Assembly: GCA_032249395.1 (NCBI GenBank)
Contig: JAVVFY010000009.1
Span: forward strand, 1-34,026
Reading direction: 5' to 3'
DNA from: Candidatus Aenigmatarchaeota archaeon
Lineage (GTDB): Archaea; Aenigmatarchaeota; Aenigmatarchaeia; CG10238-14; SpSt-28
Length of the DNA stretch: 34,026 nucleotides
Below the pieces are notes generated by a model. The model made no database searches. It was given only the letters and a program-made list of their open reading frames with translations, and was not told where the DNA came from. This document shows positions 1 to 9,262 of this stretch, one piece after another. A program made the translations under genes and the position numbers. Positions within the stretch are counted from its first letter, which is position 1. Each line of letters starts with the position of its first letter.

Positions 1-87
1 TATTGGGTTTAATTCTACAAGTAAAAGACCGATAATAAGGATAAGTGAGGGATAAGAGTTGTTTCTACTTATCAAACATTACCAGAC

Positions 88-864
88 TCAAAACAAGATT
101 CTTGCCTTTATCTTTTCTTTTTCAATAAGGCTCAAAATCTCTCTTTTAATCTCACTGTAATATTCATTCATTTTCTTTTCTTCCATTTCTTCAAAATCTT
201 CAACTTTTCTAATTTTTTCAATCAAACCTGGCTTGAGATTCAATTTATCAAAATAAAATTCGTCAGAAAACTCTTTTGTTTCTTCAACTATTCTTTCTAT
301 TTCCTCAATACTTGTAAAAGGAATTATAGGTCCTATAAAAACAAACGTTTTTATTCCAGCTTCTTTTAAAATTTTCAATGCTTTTACTCTTTCTTTTGGA
401 GATGAAGCAAATTTCTCTAATCTTCTTGTTTTTCTCCCATCTAAAGAAGTTATCGTAAAACCTATTTCGATGTTACTAAATTTCTTCAAGATATCTAAGT
501 CTCTTAGAACTAAAGGAGATTTAGTTTGAATTACTACAGGCCAATCATATCTAGCTAAAATTTCCAAAATTTTTCTTGTTATTTTATACTTTGCTTCTAA
601 TGGTTGGTAAGCATCTGTTAAAGGAGAAATGTAAACGATTCCTTTTTTCTTTTTACCAATTTCTTTAAGTAAAACTTCTGGAGCATTAATCTTAACATCA
701 ACGTAACTTCCCCATTCTTCTTGATGTTTGGAGAACTTCCTTGTGTAATAATCAGCATAACAATAAATACAGCTTATCATACACCCAACATAAGGATTTA
801 TGCAATAATCTCCGATTGAGCTTTTACCAAGAATTGACTTTACTTTGATCTCGTTTACTCTCAT
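88..864 (-). CDS. Radical SAM protein, SplB/Rv2578c-like (spore photoproduct lyase-like) family
   Basis: CxxxCxxC motif in INPYVGCMISCIYCYA, plus TDAYQPLE, IQTKSPLVLRD and FIGPIIP motifs typical of the family. Confidence 0.85.
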   Translation of the reverse strand: MRVNEIKVKSILGKSSIGDYCINPYVGCMISCIYCYADYYTRKFSKHQEEWGSYVDVKINAPEVLLKEIGKKKKGIVYISPLTDAYQPLEAKYKITRKILEILARYDWPVVIQTKSPLVLRDLDILKKFSNIEIGFTITSLDGRKTRRLEKFASSPKERVKALKILKEAGIKTFVFIGPIIPFTSIEEIERIVEETKEFSDEFYFDKLNLKPGLIEKIRKVEDFEEMEEKKMNEYYSEIKREILSLIEKEKIKARILF

Positions 865-924
865 AAAACTATTGGAATTTTAAAGTTAACAAGATAATTT
901 AAACTTTCTTTCGAATAAAAACTA

Positions 925-2718
925 ATGAAGATCGTTCCCGATACCTCTGCAATAATACATGGAATATTGCTAGAAGAATTGAAGAAAATCAAGAAAAAAG
1001 TAGAAGTCATTATACCTTTGGCGGCTTTAGACGAGCTACAAGCACAGGCTTCCAAAGGGAGAGAAGTTGGTTTTATTGGTTTGGAGCAATTGAAAGAAGT
1101 AAGAAATTTTTGCGATAAGAAAAAAATTAAGATTAGGTTTGAGGGAGAAAGGCCGAGTTTAGAAGATATAAAACTAGCCCATTCTGGTAGAATAGATGCG
1201 ATTATAAGGGACGTAGCTAAGAAAAACAATGCTTATTTATATACTTGTGATTATGTACAAGCTTTGGTTGCTGAAGCTGAAGGTGTAAAAGTTAAGTATT
1301 TCGAAATTCCTGTTAAAACTTCTGGTCTAAAATTCGAGAATTTCTTTACCGAGGATACAATAAGCGTTCATTTGAAAGAAAATTGCGTTCCATTAGCTAA
1401 AAGAGGAAAGCCTGGAAATTTTAAGTTAGTTGAAATTGGTGACAAGAAATTAACCTATGATGAAATCAATGAAATAATAAAGGAGATTTCTGAAGCTGCT
1501 AGAATAAGCGAGCATGGAAGCATAGAAATTAACAGAAGTGGAGCTTTAGTAATTCAACTAGGAAATTATAGGATTGCAATCGCTAGACCTCCCTTTTCTG
1601 ATGGTTTAGAAGTCACTATTGTTAGACCAATTGTTAAGCTAAAATTAGAGGATTACAAACTTTCTGATAAACTTATGCAAAGACTGAAAGAACAAGCAGA
1701 GGGGATTATAATAGCCGGACCTCCTGGTAGCGGAAAAACAACTTTTGCCGCTAGCTTGGCTGAATTTTATAGAAGCCTGGGAAAGGTTGTTAAAACCTTA
1801 GAATCACCTAGAGACATGCAAGTTAGTGACGAAATAACTCAATATGCTCCTTTAGAAGGAGATTTTGAGAAAACGGCAGAAATATTATTGTTAGTTAGGC
1901 CAGACTATACAGTTTTCGATGAGGTTAGAAAAACAAAAGATTTTGAGATATTTAGCGATTTAAGATTAGCTGGGGTTGGAATGATTGGAGTAGTTCATGC
2001 AAGTAACCCAATAGATGCGATTCAAAGATTTATTTCAAGAGTAGATATTGGAATTTTACCCCATATTGTAGATACTGTTATTTTTATTAAAGAGGGGGAA
2101 ATAAAAAAGGTTTACGAGCTTTCTTTGAAAGTTAAAGTTCCTACTGGTATGACTCAAGAAGATTTAGCAAGGCCAGTAGTTGAAGTCAGAGATTTTGAAA
2201 CTGGCAAACTAGAATACGAAATATACACGTTTGGAGAAGAAAATGTTGTTGTACCTATAGAAAAAGAAAGAGTTGATGTTATTAAAAGATTGGCAGAAGA
2301 AAGAATATTGATTGAAATAAGGAAGTATGATCCTGGGGCAAACGTTGAAATAATTGGTAATAAGGCAATAGTTAAAGTTGATAATAGGGTTATAGGCAAG
2401 TTGATTGGGAAAGATGGAGAAAATATAAGTAGATTAGAAAAAAAGCTAGGTCTAAGAATAGAAGTAATTCCAAAGTATTATACTTTAGGAAAAGAATTAT
2501 CTTTTAAAATTTCAGAAAGTGGCAATAGCTTGGAATTCGTATTTGATAGGTTGCATGCTGGTGAGGTTGTAAGCTTTTACGTTAATGGAAACTTTTTGTT
2601 TTCCGCCATGATTGGAAAAAAAGGAACAATTAAGATTTCAAAAGAGTCAGATATAGGCAAAGAATTGTTAAAAGCTATTTACGAAAAAAGAGAAATTAGG
2701 GTTTTTGGAAGAGAATAA
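925..2718 (+). CDS. PIN-domain P-loop ATPase with C-terminal KH domain (PINA family)
   Basis: N-terminal PIN motif VPDTSAII, Walker A GPPGSGKTT, RPDYTVFDEVR, and KH GxxG loop GKLIGKDG. Confidence 0.9.
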   Translation: MKIVPDTSAIIHGILLEELKKIKKKVEVIIPLAALDELQAQASKGREVGFIGLEQLKEVRNFCDKKKIKIRFEGERPSLEDIKLAHSGRIDAIIRDVAKKNNAYLYTCDYVQALVAEAEGVKVKYFEIPVKTSGLKFENFFTEDTISVHLKENCVPLAKRGKPGNFKLVEIGDKKLTYDEINEIIKEISEAARISEHGSIEINRSGALVIQLGNYRIAIARPPFSDGLEVTIVRPIVKLKLEDYKLSDKLMQRLKEQAEGIIIAGPPGSGKTTFAASLAEFYRSLGKVVKTLESPRDMQVSDEITQYAPLEGDFEKTAEILLLVRPDYTVFDEVRKTKDFEIFSDLRLAGVGMIGVVHASNPIDAIQRFISRVDIGILPHIVDTVIFIKEGEIKKVYELSLKVKVPTGMTQEDLARPVVEVRDFETGKLEYEIYTFGEENVVVPIEKERVDVIKRLAEERILIEIRKYDPGANVEIIGNKAIVKVDNRVIGKLIGKDGENISRLEKKLGLRIEVIPKYYTLGKELSFKISESGNSLEFVFDRLHAGEVVSFYVNGNFLFSAMIGKKGTIKISKESDIGKELLKAIYEKREIRVFGRE

Positions 2719-2719
2719 G

Positions 2720-3181
2720 CTAGCTAACAAAGTTTATTTCGTTAGAAGATATCTTTGCTGTTATTGGAGGGTTTGTGCAGTTAGTAGACACATATATTAA
2801 ATTGATGTTTGGCTGTATATTATCAAAATAAAAATAAGCTAAGTTAGAAGGCAGTAATACATCTATAAGAAGATTTCTTGTTTCTGTTCCATTCGTATAT
2901 AAAATTTGAAAGCTTATATTGCCGAGTGGGACGTTTCCTGTATTTCTTAAATATCCGAATAGTAGTTTAGATGTAGAATTATAAATTACGCTTCCGTAAA
3001 AATCTATCCCCGCATAAGTACATGCAATTTGTGTCTCAGCTTGTGCACCAATAGTTTTTGTTGAAGTTCTAGTAAATCCGGTAGCCCAAAGAATAATTAT
3101 TGCGGCGACAGCAATAGTAAATCCTATTAAAAGTACTTCAGCGATTAAAGGACTAATTCCTTTTTTCACTCTATCCCCCAT
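2720..3181 (-). CDS. Archaeal type IV pilin-like protein (class III signal peptide)
   Basis: KKG|ISPLIAEVLLIGFTIAVAAIIILW cleavage motif and hydrophobic helix; the true start may be the GTG four codons downstream. Confidence 0.85.
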   Translation of the reverse strand: MGDRVKKGISPLIAEVLLIGFTIAVAAIIILWATGFTRTSTKTIGAQAETQIACTYAGIDFYGSVIYNSTSKLLFGYLRNTGNVPLGNISFQILYTNGTETRNLLIDVLLPSNLAYFYFDNIQPNINLIYVSTNCTNPPITAKISSNEINFVS

Positions 3182-3588
3182 TAAGATCTAATGTAAATGT
3201 TTGGACAATTTGTTGAAATAATAAAACTTGTATAGTCTCCTATGACGTTGTTTATTGATCTAACTATAACTTGCCCTGGGGATATTTCACTGTTTATTTC
3301 TTTAGACTCGGCTCTATCAGCGTAAATGAAAGTTATATTATTTATAACAAGCCTTTGTGTACCATCGTTGTAAATTGTAATGGTGAATGTCTGTGTATTT
3401 GAATCGTAGCTTGAAGATATTAGCTTTATGCTTCCGCCACTACAAGCCTGTAAAGCTTGAGTTTGATTTTCTGTTGGCAAACTTGTTCTAACAAAGCTAG
3501 AACCCCAAAAAGCTACTATCCCGGCTAAAGTCATAGTTATTGCAATTAACAAAACTGTAGCAACCAATGGGCTGATACCTTTTTGCAT
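3181..3588 (-). CDS. Archaeal type IV pilin-like protein (class III signal peptide)
   Basis: MQKG|ISPLVATVLLIAITMTLAGIVAFW; its stop overlaps the start of the next pilin (TAATG). Confidence 0.85.
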   Translation of the reverse strand: MQKGISPLVATVLLIAITMTLAGIVAFWGSSFVRTSLPTENQTQALQACSGGSIKLISSSYDSNTQTFTITIYNDGTQRLVINNITFIYADRAESKEINSEISPGQVIVRSINNVIGDYTSFIISTNCPNIYIRS

Positions 3589-3723
3589 TAATATTTTTTG
3601 ATTATTTAAATAAATATTGTTTTTAGTTGAGTTCAGATCATTCTATTTTATAAGAAGTAAATTGAGATAATATTGATCTAAAAGACTTCTCTAAAACAAA
3701 GCAACATAAAATAAAAATCTTAA

Positions 3724-5352
3724 TTAATAGTTCCCATTTTTTATGCAAGCTTTTATAAATCCGTTAAATATAGGATTTGGTCTTAAAGGCCGAGATGTAA
3801 ATTCAGGATGAAATTGTGTTCCTATGAAAAATTTATGACTTGGTAATTCTCCAATTTGTACTATGTTTTCTTCTATTTTTGAAAATCCAGAAAAAACAAA
3901 ACCATTTTTCTCTAAAACGTTGATATATGAAGGATTTACTTCGTATCTATGTCTAAATCTTTCCATCACTTCTTCTTTTTTATAAAGATTATAAGCTAAT
4001 GTATCTCTCTTTATTCTTACTATTTGTCCACCTAAACGCATTGTAGCTCCAATCTTCTTTTCTTTTATTAATGCTTTTTGCCAAGGCAATAGATCCACTA
4101 CGGGATGTGGTGTATTTAGATTTACCTCAGTAGTGTGAGCCTCTCTTAAACCACAAACATTCCTTGCAAACTCTACTACAGCCAACTGAAAACCGTAACA
4201 TAAGCCTAAAAAAGGAATACTATTTTCTCGTGCAAACTTTATAGCTAAAATTTTCCCCTCTACACCACTAGCTCCAAAACCGCCAGGAACAATAATACCA
4301 TCGAATTCCATCAAAATTTCAACTTTTTTGTTGTCTCTTTCGAAATCTTTAGAATTAATCAAATGAATTTCCGCTTTAACTTCATTATTAGCTGAAGCAT
4401 GCTTTATTGCCTCTATTACAGATATGTAAGAATCGCCAATTTCGAATTCTCCGATATCAAAGTATTTTCCAACTATTGCTATCTTAACTTTTTTAGTAGA
4501 GTATTTTAATCTGCGAACAAATTCCTCCCAATCTTCTAAATTCGATTTCCTACTTTCTAATCCAAGCTTTCTCAATATTTTATTTCCAAAATCTTGCCTC
4601 TCAAAAACTAAAGGTAGTTCGTAAGTGTATTCTAGATCTGGAGCAGAAATTATATCTTCTTCTTTTATATTACAAAAAATAGAAAGCTTCTTTCTCCTAA
4701 CTTCATCTATTTCTTTTTCCGCCCTAGCAACTATGAAATCAGGTTGAATACCTAATCTTCCCAATAATTCGACACTTTGCTGAGCTGGTTTAGTTTTCAT
4801 TTCCCCCAAATGTCTTAGAATAGGCAAATATACTACATGTACAAAAACTGTTTTTTCTCCTTCGCTTTTCATCAACCTAGCAGCCCTATAGTAAATTTCA
4901 TTTTGATATTCTCCAACAGTACCGCCAATTTCTACTATAACAAAATCTGCATCGTCTCTTCTAGCAATTTCCTTTATTCTTGCTTTAATTTCATCAGTTA
5001 GATGGGGAATCGCTTCAACAGTTTTTCCTAAGTATTCTCCTCTCCTCTCTTTTTCTATAACCGACAAATATATTTTCCCTGTAGTGATGTTATGATCTTT
5101 TGTTAGAGTTATGTCTAAAAACCTTTCATAATGGCCCAAATCCTCATCTGTTTCTCCACCATCTTCAGTAACAAACACTTCACCGTGCTCCGTAGGTCTT
5201 AACGTTCCTGCATCAAAATTCAAATAAGGATCAATTTTTATTGCAGTTACGTTGAAACCTTTTGATTTTAGTATCTTGCCAATAGAAGCTGAAACTGTAC
5301 CCTTGCCAATACCACTCATTACTCCGCCAGTAACAAAAACGTAAAAGACCAT
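3724..5352 (-). CDS. pyrG: CTP synthase
   Basis: VTGGVMSGIGKG, KIDPYLNFDAGT, glutaminase GLCYG and QFHPEF motifs. Confidence 0.97.
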   Translation of the reverse strand: MVFYVFVTGGVMSGIGKGTVSASIGKILKSKGFNVTAIKIDPYLNFDAGTLRPTEHGEVFVTEDGGETDEDLGHYERFLDITLTKDHNITTGKIYLSVIEKERRGEYLGKTVEAIPHLTDEIKARIKEIARRDDADFVIVEIGGTVGEYQNEIYYRAARLMKSEGEKTVFVHVVYLPILRHLGEMKTKPAQQSVELLGRLGIQPDFIVARAEKEIDEVRRKKLSIFCNIKEEDIISAPDLEYTYELPLVFERQDFGNKILRKLGLESRKSNLEDWEEFVRRLKYSTKKVKIAIVGKYFDIGEFEIGDSYISVIEAIKHASANNEVKAEIHLINSKDFERDNKKVEILMEFDGIIVPGGFGASGVEGKILAIKFARENSIPFLGLCYGFQLAVVEFARNVCGLREAHTTEVNLNTPHPVVDLLPWQKALIKEKKIGATMRLGGQIVRIKRDTLAYNLYKKEEVMERFRHRYEVNPSYINVLEKNGFVFSGFSKIEENIVQIGELPSHKFFIGTQFHPEFTSRPLRPNPIFNGFIKACIKNGNY

Positions 5353-5381
5353 AGAAAAGTTGATATTCCTTATATAAAAGT

Positions 5382-6437
5382 TTACTTTCCTTTTTTTATT
5401 TTAGCTTCTTCATCAATTTTTTTAATTCTTTCCATCTGTTGTTTTATTAATTCTAAATTTCTCCTCCAAACTTCTTCGTCTCTAACCATCATAACTACTC
5501 TACTTGCACTATCTGTTAATTTTATTTTATATCCTGTAAGATTGCATATTTTATTTGCAAATTCTATTAATTCTTCTAAAGTTGGCATATGTTCTTTTGT
5601 CAATCTCTTTCTAGATTCTCCCGTCCAAGTATATCCTTTTAACTCGACAAATTTTGGTTCAGATAGCTTTATTAATTCTGCAAATCCTTCAGCATCGTGC
5701 ATATTCAACCCTTTAACGCATGTTATCCTAAAAATAGTTCTACAGTCAGTTTTGTTAAATTCTTTGAAAAGCTTTAAGCTTTCAACAACTCTTTCAAAGG
5801 GATTTGGAATGAACGAATTAGTAATTTCTTTATAGTCTTTTTCATTCGTTGCATAAACGCTTATATAAAGGTTTGTTGGTATGGCGTCTTTCTCTAACAA
5901 TTCTTTTAATCTATGTGGCATAGTCCCGTTGGTTACTAAAAATGCTGTGTATCCTCTAGACTTTATTTCCTTTATTAGCTCGGCTATGTAAGGATATAAG
6001 GTTGGTTCGCCGTCTAAACTAATAGCGAAATGAACAGGTCTCATAGCTTGTTCAAAGAGTTCTCTAGGTGTTTTTGGATTGCCTTTAAATCCTATTAGCA
6101 ATTCTTGCTGAGCTTTTATTGCCTCATCAACAATAGTTTTTGGATCATCCCATTTATTCTCGCTTTTAAACCTGTCTTCGCTAAAAATCCTCCAGCAGAA
6201 CTTACAACTAAAATCGCAAAAGTCTAATGTTGGTGTCATTTGAATGCATCTATGAGAAAGTATACCATACCACCTTTTATAGCAATTTCTCCCTCCTCTC
6301 AAAACGGATTTTGTCCATCTACAAATCTCTACTGCAGAATGCTTATTATTACCTATAATTCTATATCCAGCCTTTTTATATCTTCTAATCCTTTCTGGAG
6401 TAAACTTGACAAATTGCTGACCAGCTAAATCTGACAT
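5382..6437 (-). CDS. taw1: tRNA 4-demethylwyosine synthase (Taw1/TYW1, radical SAM)
   Basis: HSAVEICRWT, CYK.WYGI.SHRCIQMTP, CDFSCKFCWR, AISLDGEPTLYP and FVELKGY motifs. Confidence 0.93.
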   Translation of the reverse strand: MSDLAGQQFVKFTPERIRRYKKAGYRIIGNNKHSAVEICRWTKSVLRGGRNCYKRWYGILSHRCIQMTPTLDFCDFSCKFCWRIFSEDRFKSENKWDDPKTIVDEAIKAQQELLIGFKGNPKTPRELFEQAMRPVHFAISLDGEPTLYPYIAELIKEIKSRGYTAFLVTNGTMPHRLKELLEKDAIPTNLYISVYATNEKDYKEITNSFIPNPFERVVESLKLFKEFNKTDCRTIFRITCVKGLNMHDAEGFAELIKLSEPKFVELKGYTWTGESRKRLTKEHMPTLEELIEFANKICNLTGYKIKLTDSASRVVMMVRDEEVWRRNLELIKQQMERIKKIDEEAKIKKGK

Positions 6438-6736
6438 AATAGATGTTGGTTGTTTTGAAATTTAAGTTCTAATCACATTAACAGATCGTAGTTTGAACTT
6501 TCATATTACACAATTTTGAGTAATCTTTTGTATTTTTGAGATATTTTCAAAATTTTCAAAACTTAGGTTATACATCCTTGGAAGCCGAACAAGAATTAGG
6601 AAAGAATAACTTTCATGCTAATATAAAGCGTATAAAGGAGATTTATAATTGAGTGATGAGTGAAAAAATTCTTAAGCACATTTTTTGCTCTTAGTCCTCA
6701 TCTTTTCTAGCAAATTCAAGCACTCCAACTAAAATA

Positions 6737-6808
6737 TGGACCGGCCGGGATTCGAACCCGGAGCCTCCGCCTTGCCATGGCGGCGATCTACCATTGATCT
6801 ACCGGCCC
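6737..6808 (-). tRNA. tRNA-Ala(GGC), intronless, CCA not encoded
   Basis: Reverse complement GGGCCGG TA GATC AATGGTA GATC G CCGCC AT-GGC-AA GGCGG AGGCT CCGGG TTCGAAT CCCGG CCGGTCC A forms a full cloverleaf with the G3:U70 Ala identity pair and A73. Confidence 0.95.
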
Positions 6809-6851
6809 ACATATGATAATAAGTTTTATATTCCAAATTTAACATTTTATC

Positions 6852-7484
6852 ATGTTTAAAAAGAAAAAATGTCCAAGATGTGAGAAAGAAGTGAAAGAAG
6901 ATTGGGAGTTTTGTCCTTATTGTGGATATTCTTTGAAAGAGAAGTATAAAGAGGAAAGGTTTTTTGAAGAATTTGAAGATTTCGATAAAATATTCGAAAA
7001 AATGGAAAGAGAATTTGAGGAAATGTTTAAGATACCAACTTTGAGAATTCCAAGAATAAAAATTTCCTCTCCAGGATTTTCAGGCATTAGCATAACTATT
7101 CATAGTGGTACTGGAATGAAACCAAAAGTTGAGGTTAAAACGTATGGAGAATACAAAAAACTTGAACCAGAAATAAAAAGAAGACTTGGATTTAAGGTTC
7201 CAATAGAAGAAGTTGAAGAAGAAAAAGAAATTGAATATAATCCACCAAAAACTACTGAGGAACCGGAAGCAAAAGTTTCAAGAGAAGGGAACAGAACAAT
7301 AATAGAAATAAAGTTGCCAGATGTTGAAAAAGAAGAGGATATTAACGTTAAAAAATTGGAGCAAAGTATTGAGATTAGAGCAAGAGCAAAAGACAAACTT
7401 TATTTCAAACTCTTACCGATTACCGGAGAAATTGTTGGGAAAAGTTTTAAAGACGGAATATTAAAAATAGAAATAGAGAGGTGA
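6852..7484 (+). CDS. Zinc-ribbon plus Hsp20/alpha-crystallin-like domain protein
   Basis: N-terminal CPRC...CPYC ribbon, F/E-rich linker, and C-terminal IEIKLPDVEKEEDI...FKDGILKIEIER alpha-crystallin signature. Confidence 0.8.
   Translation: MFKKKKCPRCEKEVKEDWEFCPYCGYSLKEKYKEERFFEEFEDFDKIFEKMEREFEEMFKIPTLRIPRIKISSPGFSGISITIHSGTGMKPKVEVKTYGEYKKLEPEIKRRLGFKVPIEEVEEEKEIEYNPPKTTEEPEAKVSREGNRTIIEIKLPDVEKEEDINVKKLEQSIEIRARAKDKLYFKLLPITGEIVGKSFKDGILKIEIER
7478..7484 (+). promoter_or_regulatory. Shine-Dalgarno site for the TIP49 gene overlapping the Hsp20 stop codon
   Basis: GAGGTGA ending 4 nt before the TTG start at 7489; its TGA is the upstream stop, suggesting translational coupling. Confidence 0.7.
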
Positions 7485-7488
7485 TTTT

Positions 7489-8859
7489 TTGGCTAGAGTT
7501 AAAGAAATTGCAGCGGAGAGCATCAGAGAGTGGGAAAGAGTTTCTGCTCATAGCCACATAACAGGCTTAGGTTTAGATGGATTAAGAGCAAAACCAATAG
7601 CTGATGGGATGGTTGGTCAAACTGAGGCTAGAGAAGCAGCCGGCTTGGTAGTTAGACTAATTAAGCAAGGAAAATTTGGGGGTAGAGCTGTTCTACTTGT
7701 TGGTCCTCCGGGAAGCGGAAAGACAGCTATTGCAAATGCGATAGCCAAGGAATTAGGTAAAGATGTTCCTTTTGTTCAACTTGCAGCTAGTGAAATTTTT
7801 TCTACTGATATAAGAAAGACCGAATTTCTAACTCAAACTCTAAGAAAAGCAATTGGTGCGAGAATTCATGAAATAAGAAAAGTTTATGAAGGTGTGGTTA
7901 AAGAACTAGAAGTCGAAAAAGCTCCTCACCCATACAATCCTTACCAGCAAATTCCAATTGGAGCGAAAATAAAGATTGCAACAAAAGATCAAAGCAAAAC
8001 TTTAAAAGTTGACCAAAGTTTTGCTATTCAAATTTACCAGCAAGGAATTGAAAGCGGTGATATAGTTCAAATAGATCCAGAGCTAGGAAGAATTGTTAAA
8101 CTTGGAAAAAGTGAAGAAGCAGTTAAGGAAAAAGGTTATGATATAACAAGAGAAAAGGCTTTGCCAATTCCTTCTGGAGACGTTTTAAAGGAAAAGGAAT
8201 TTGTTTATCCAGTTACATTACATTCTTTAGATTTAGCTTTTGCAAGAGAATCCGGAAGTGATATATTTTCTTTGTTCTTTGGAGGAAAAGAAAGCAAGGA
8301 AATAGAGCCAGAAATAAGGCAGCAGGTTGATGAATACATAAAAGAATTAGTCCAACAAGGAAAATGTGAATTGTTGCCTGGAGTTGTTTTTATAGATGAA
8401 GTTAGTATGCTTGACATAGAAACTTTTGCTTTCTTAAATAGAGCAATGGAACAAGAACTTTGCCCAATATTGATATTTGCAACTAATAGAGGATTAACAA
8501 CTGTGAGAGGAACCGACATCGTTTCTCCACATGGAATTCCGCTAGACTTGTTAGACAGACTTTTGATAATAAACACTAGGCCTTATACAAAAGATGAAAT
8601 TAAAAAGATTTTGGAGATTAGAGCAGAGAAAGAGAAGATAAAAATAGAGAAAGATGCACTCGAGTATTTGACACAGATCGGAGAAAAAACTAGTTTAAGA
8701 CATGCTATACAATTGATGGCTCCAGCTTTTGAAGTAGCTAAAGAAAATAAAAGAGAGAAAATTAGTGTAGAAGACGTGAAGTTTGTCGAAGAAAGATTTG
8801 TTGATGTGAAGAAAAGCGTTGACTATATGAAAAGCTTAGAAGAAAAATTTTTGAAATAA
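7489..8859 (+). CDS. RuvB-like AAA+ ATPase TIP49 (RuvBL family)
   Basis: SAHSHITGLGL, GPPGSGKTA, PGVVFIDEV, ATNRG, SPHGIPLDLLDRLLII and TSLRHAIQL motifs. Confidence 0.93.
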   Translation: MARVKEIAAESIREWERVSAHSHITGLGLDGLRAKPIADGMVGQTEAREAAGLVVRLIKQGKFGGRAVLLVGPPGSGKTAIANAIAKELGKDVPFVQLAASEIFSTDIRKTEFLTQTLRKAIGARIHEIRKVYEGVVKELEVEKAPHPYNPYQQIPIGAKIKIATKDQSKTLKVDQSFAIQIYQQGIESGDIVQIDPELGRIVKLGKSEEAVKEKGYDITREKALPIPSGDVLKEKEFVYPVTLHSLDLAFARESGSDIFSLFFGGKESKEIEPEIRQQVDEYIKELVQQGKCELLPGVVFIDEVSMLDIETFAFLNRAMEQELCPILIFATNRGLTTVRGTDIVSPHGIPLDLLDRLLIINTRPYTKDEIKKILEIRAEKEKIKIEKDALEYLTQIGEKTSLRHAIQLMAPAFEVAKENKREKISVEDVKFVEERFVDVKKSVDYMKSLEEKFLK

Positions 8860-8896
8860 CTTAAAAAATTTAAGCTGATTGAATATTATATTATTT

Positions 8897-9262
8897 ATGC
8901 GAAATATCTCAAGGGAGTACGAAAAAGAGGCAACTATTGTTCTATATGAATGTGCCAAATTTCCAAAAGATTTTAAGGAAATGATTGAAATTCTTAATAA
9001 TATAGCTGAATTGGCAAATGTAAGAATTGTAAGTTATTGTGAACATCAGCATAGTAATGGGGCTAAAAGTTTAGCTGCTATTGTAGAAGAATCTAATATA
9101 AATTTAAGTGAATGGTTGGAATACAACACTTTTATTGTTAGAATATCCAGTTGTAACCCAAACTCTAATTTTGAAAAAGTAAAGAGTTATCTCGAAAAGA
9201 GGTTAGAATGTAAAGAAAGCAAAATTGATGAGAGAAAAGTACAACTGTATTTAAATAAATAA
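8897..9262 (+). CDS. Divergent S-adenosylmethionine decarboxylase (pyruvoyl, SpeD/SpeH-type) family protein
   Basis: GAKSLAAIVEESNINLSEWLEY...ISSC aligns with the consensus [21 protein letters not shown]...FTC; ATG at 8897 preferred over the TTG at 8879. Confidence 0.65.
   Translation: MRNISREYEKEATIVLYECAKFPKDFKEMIEILNNIAELANVRIVSYCEHQHSNGAKSLAAIVEESNINLSEWLEYNTFIVRISSCNPNSNFEKVKSYLEKRLECKESKIDERKVQLYLNK

Noticed and set aside
2..55. Possible 3' end of an upstream plus-strand gene (IGFNSTSKRPIIRISEG*)
   Set aside because: Too short at the window edge to support a call.
6438..6736. Possible C/D-box sRNA or structured RNA in the 300-nt gap (GTGATGA near 6653; weak GATGAG/CTCATC stem)
   Set aside because: No CTGA box D follows at a suitable distance, and the stem is short and interrupted.
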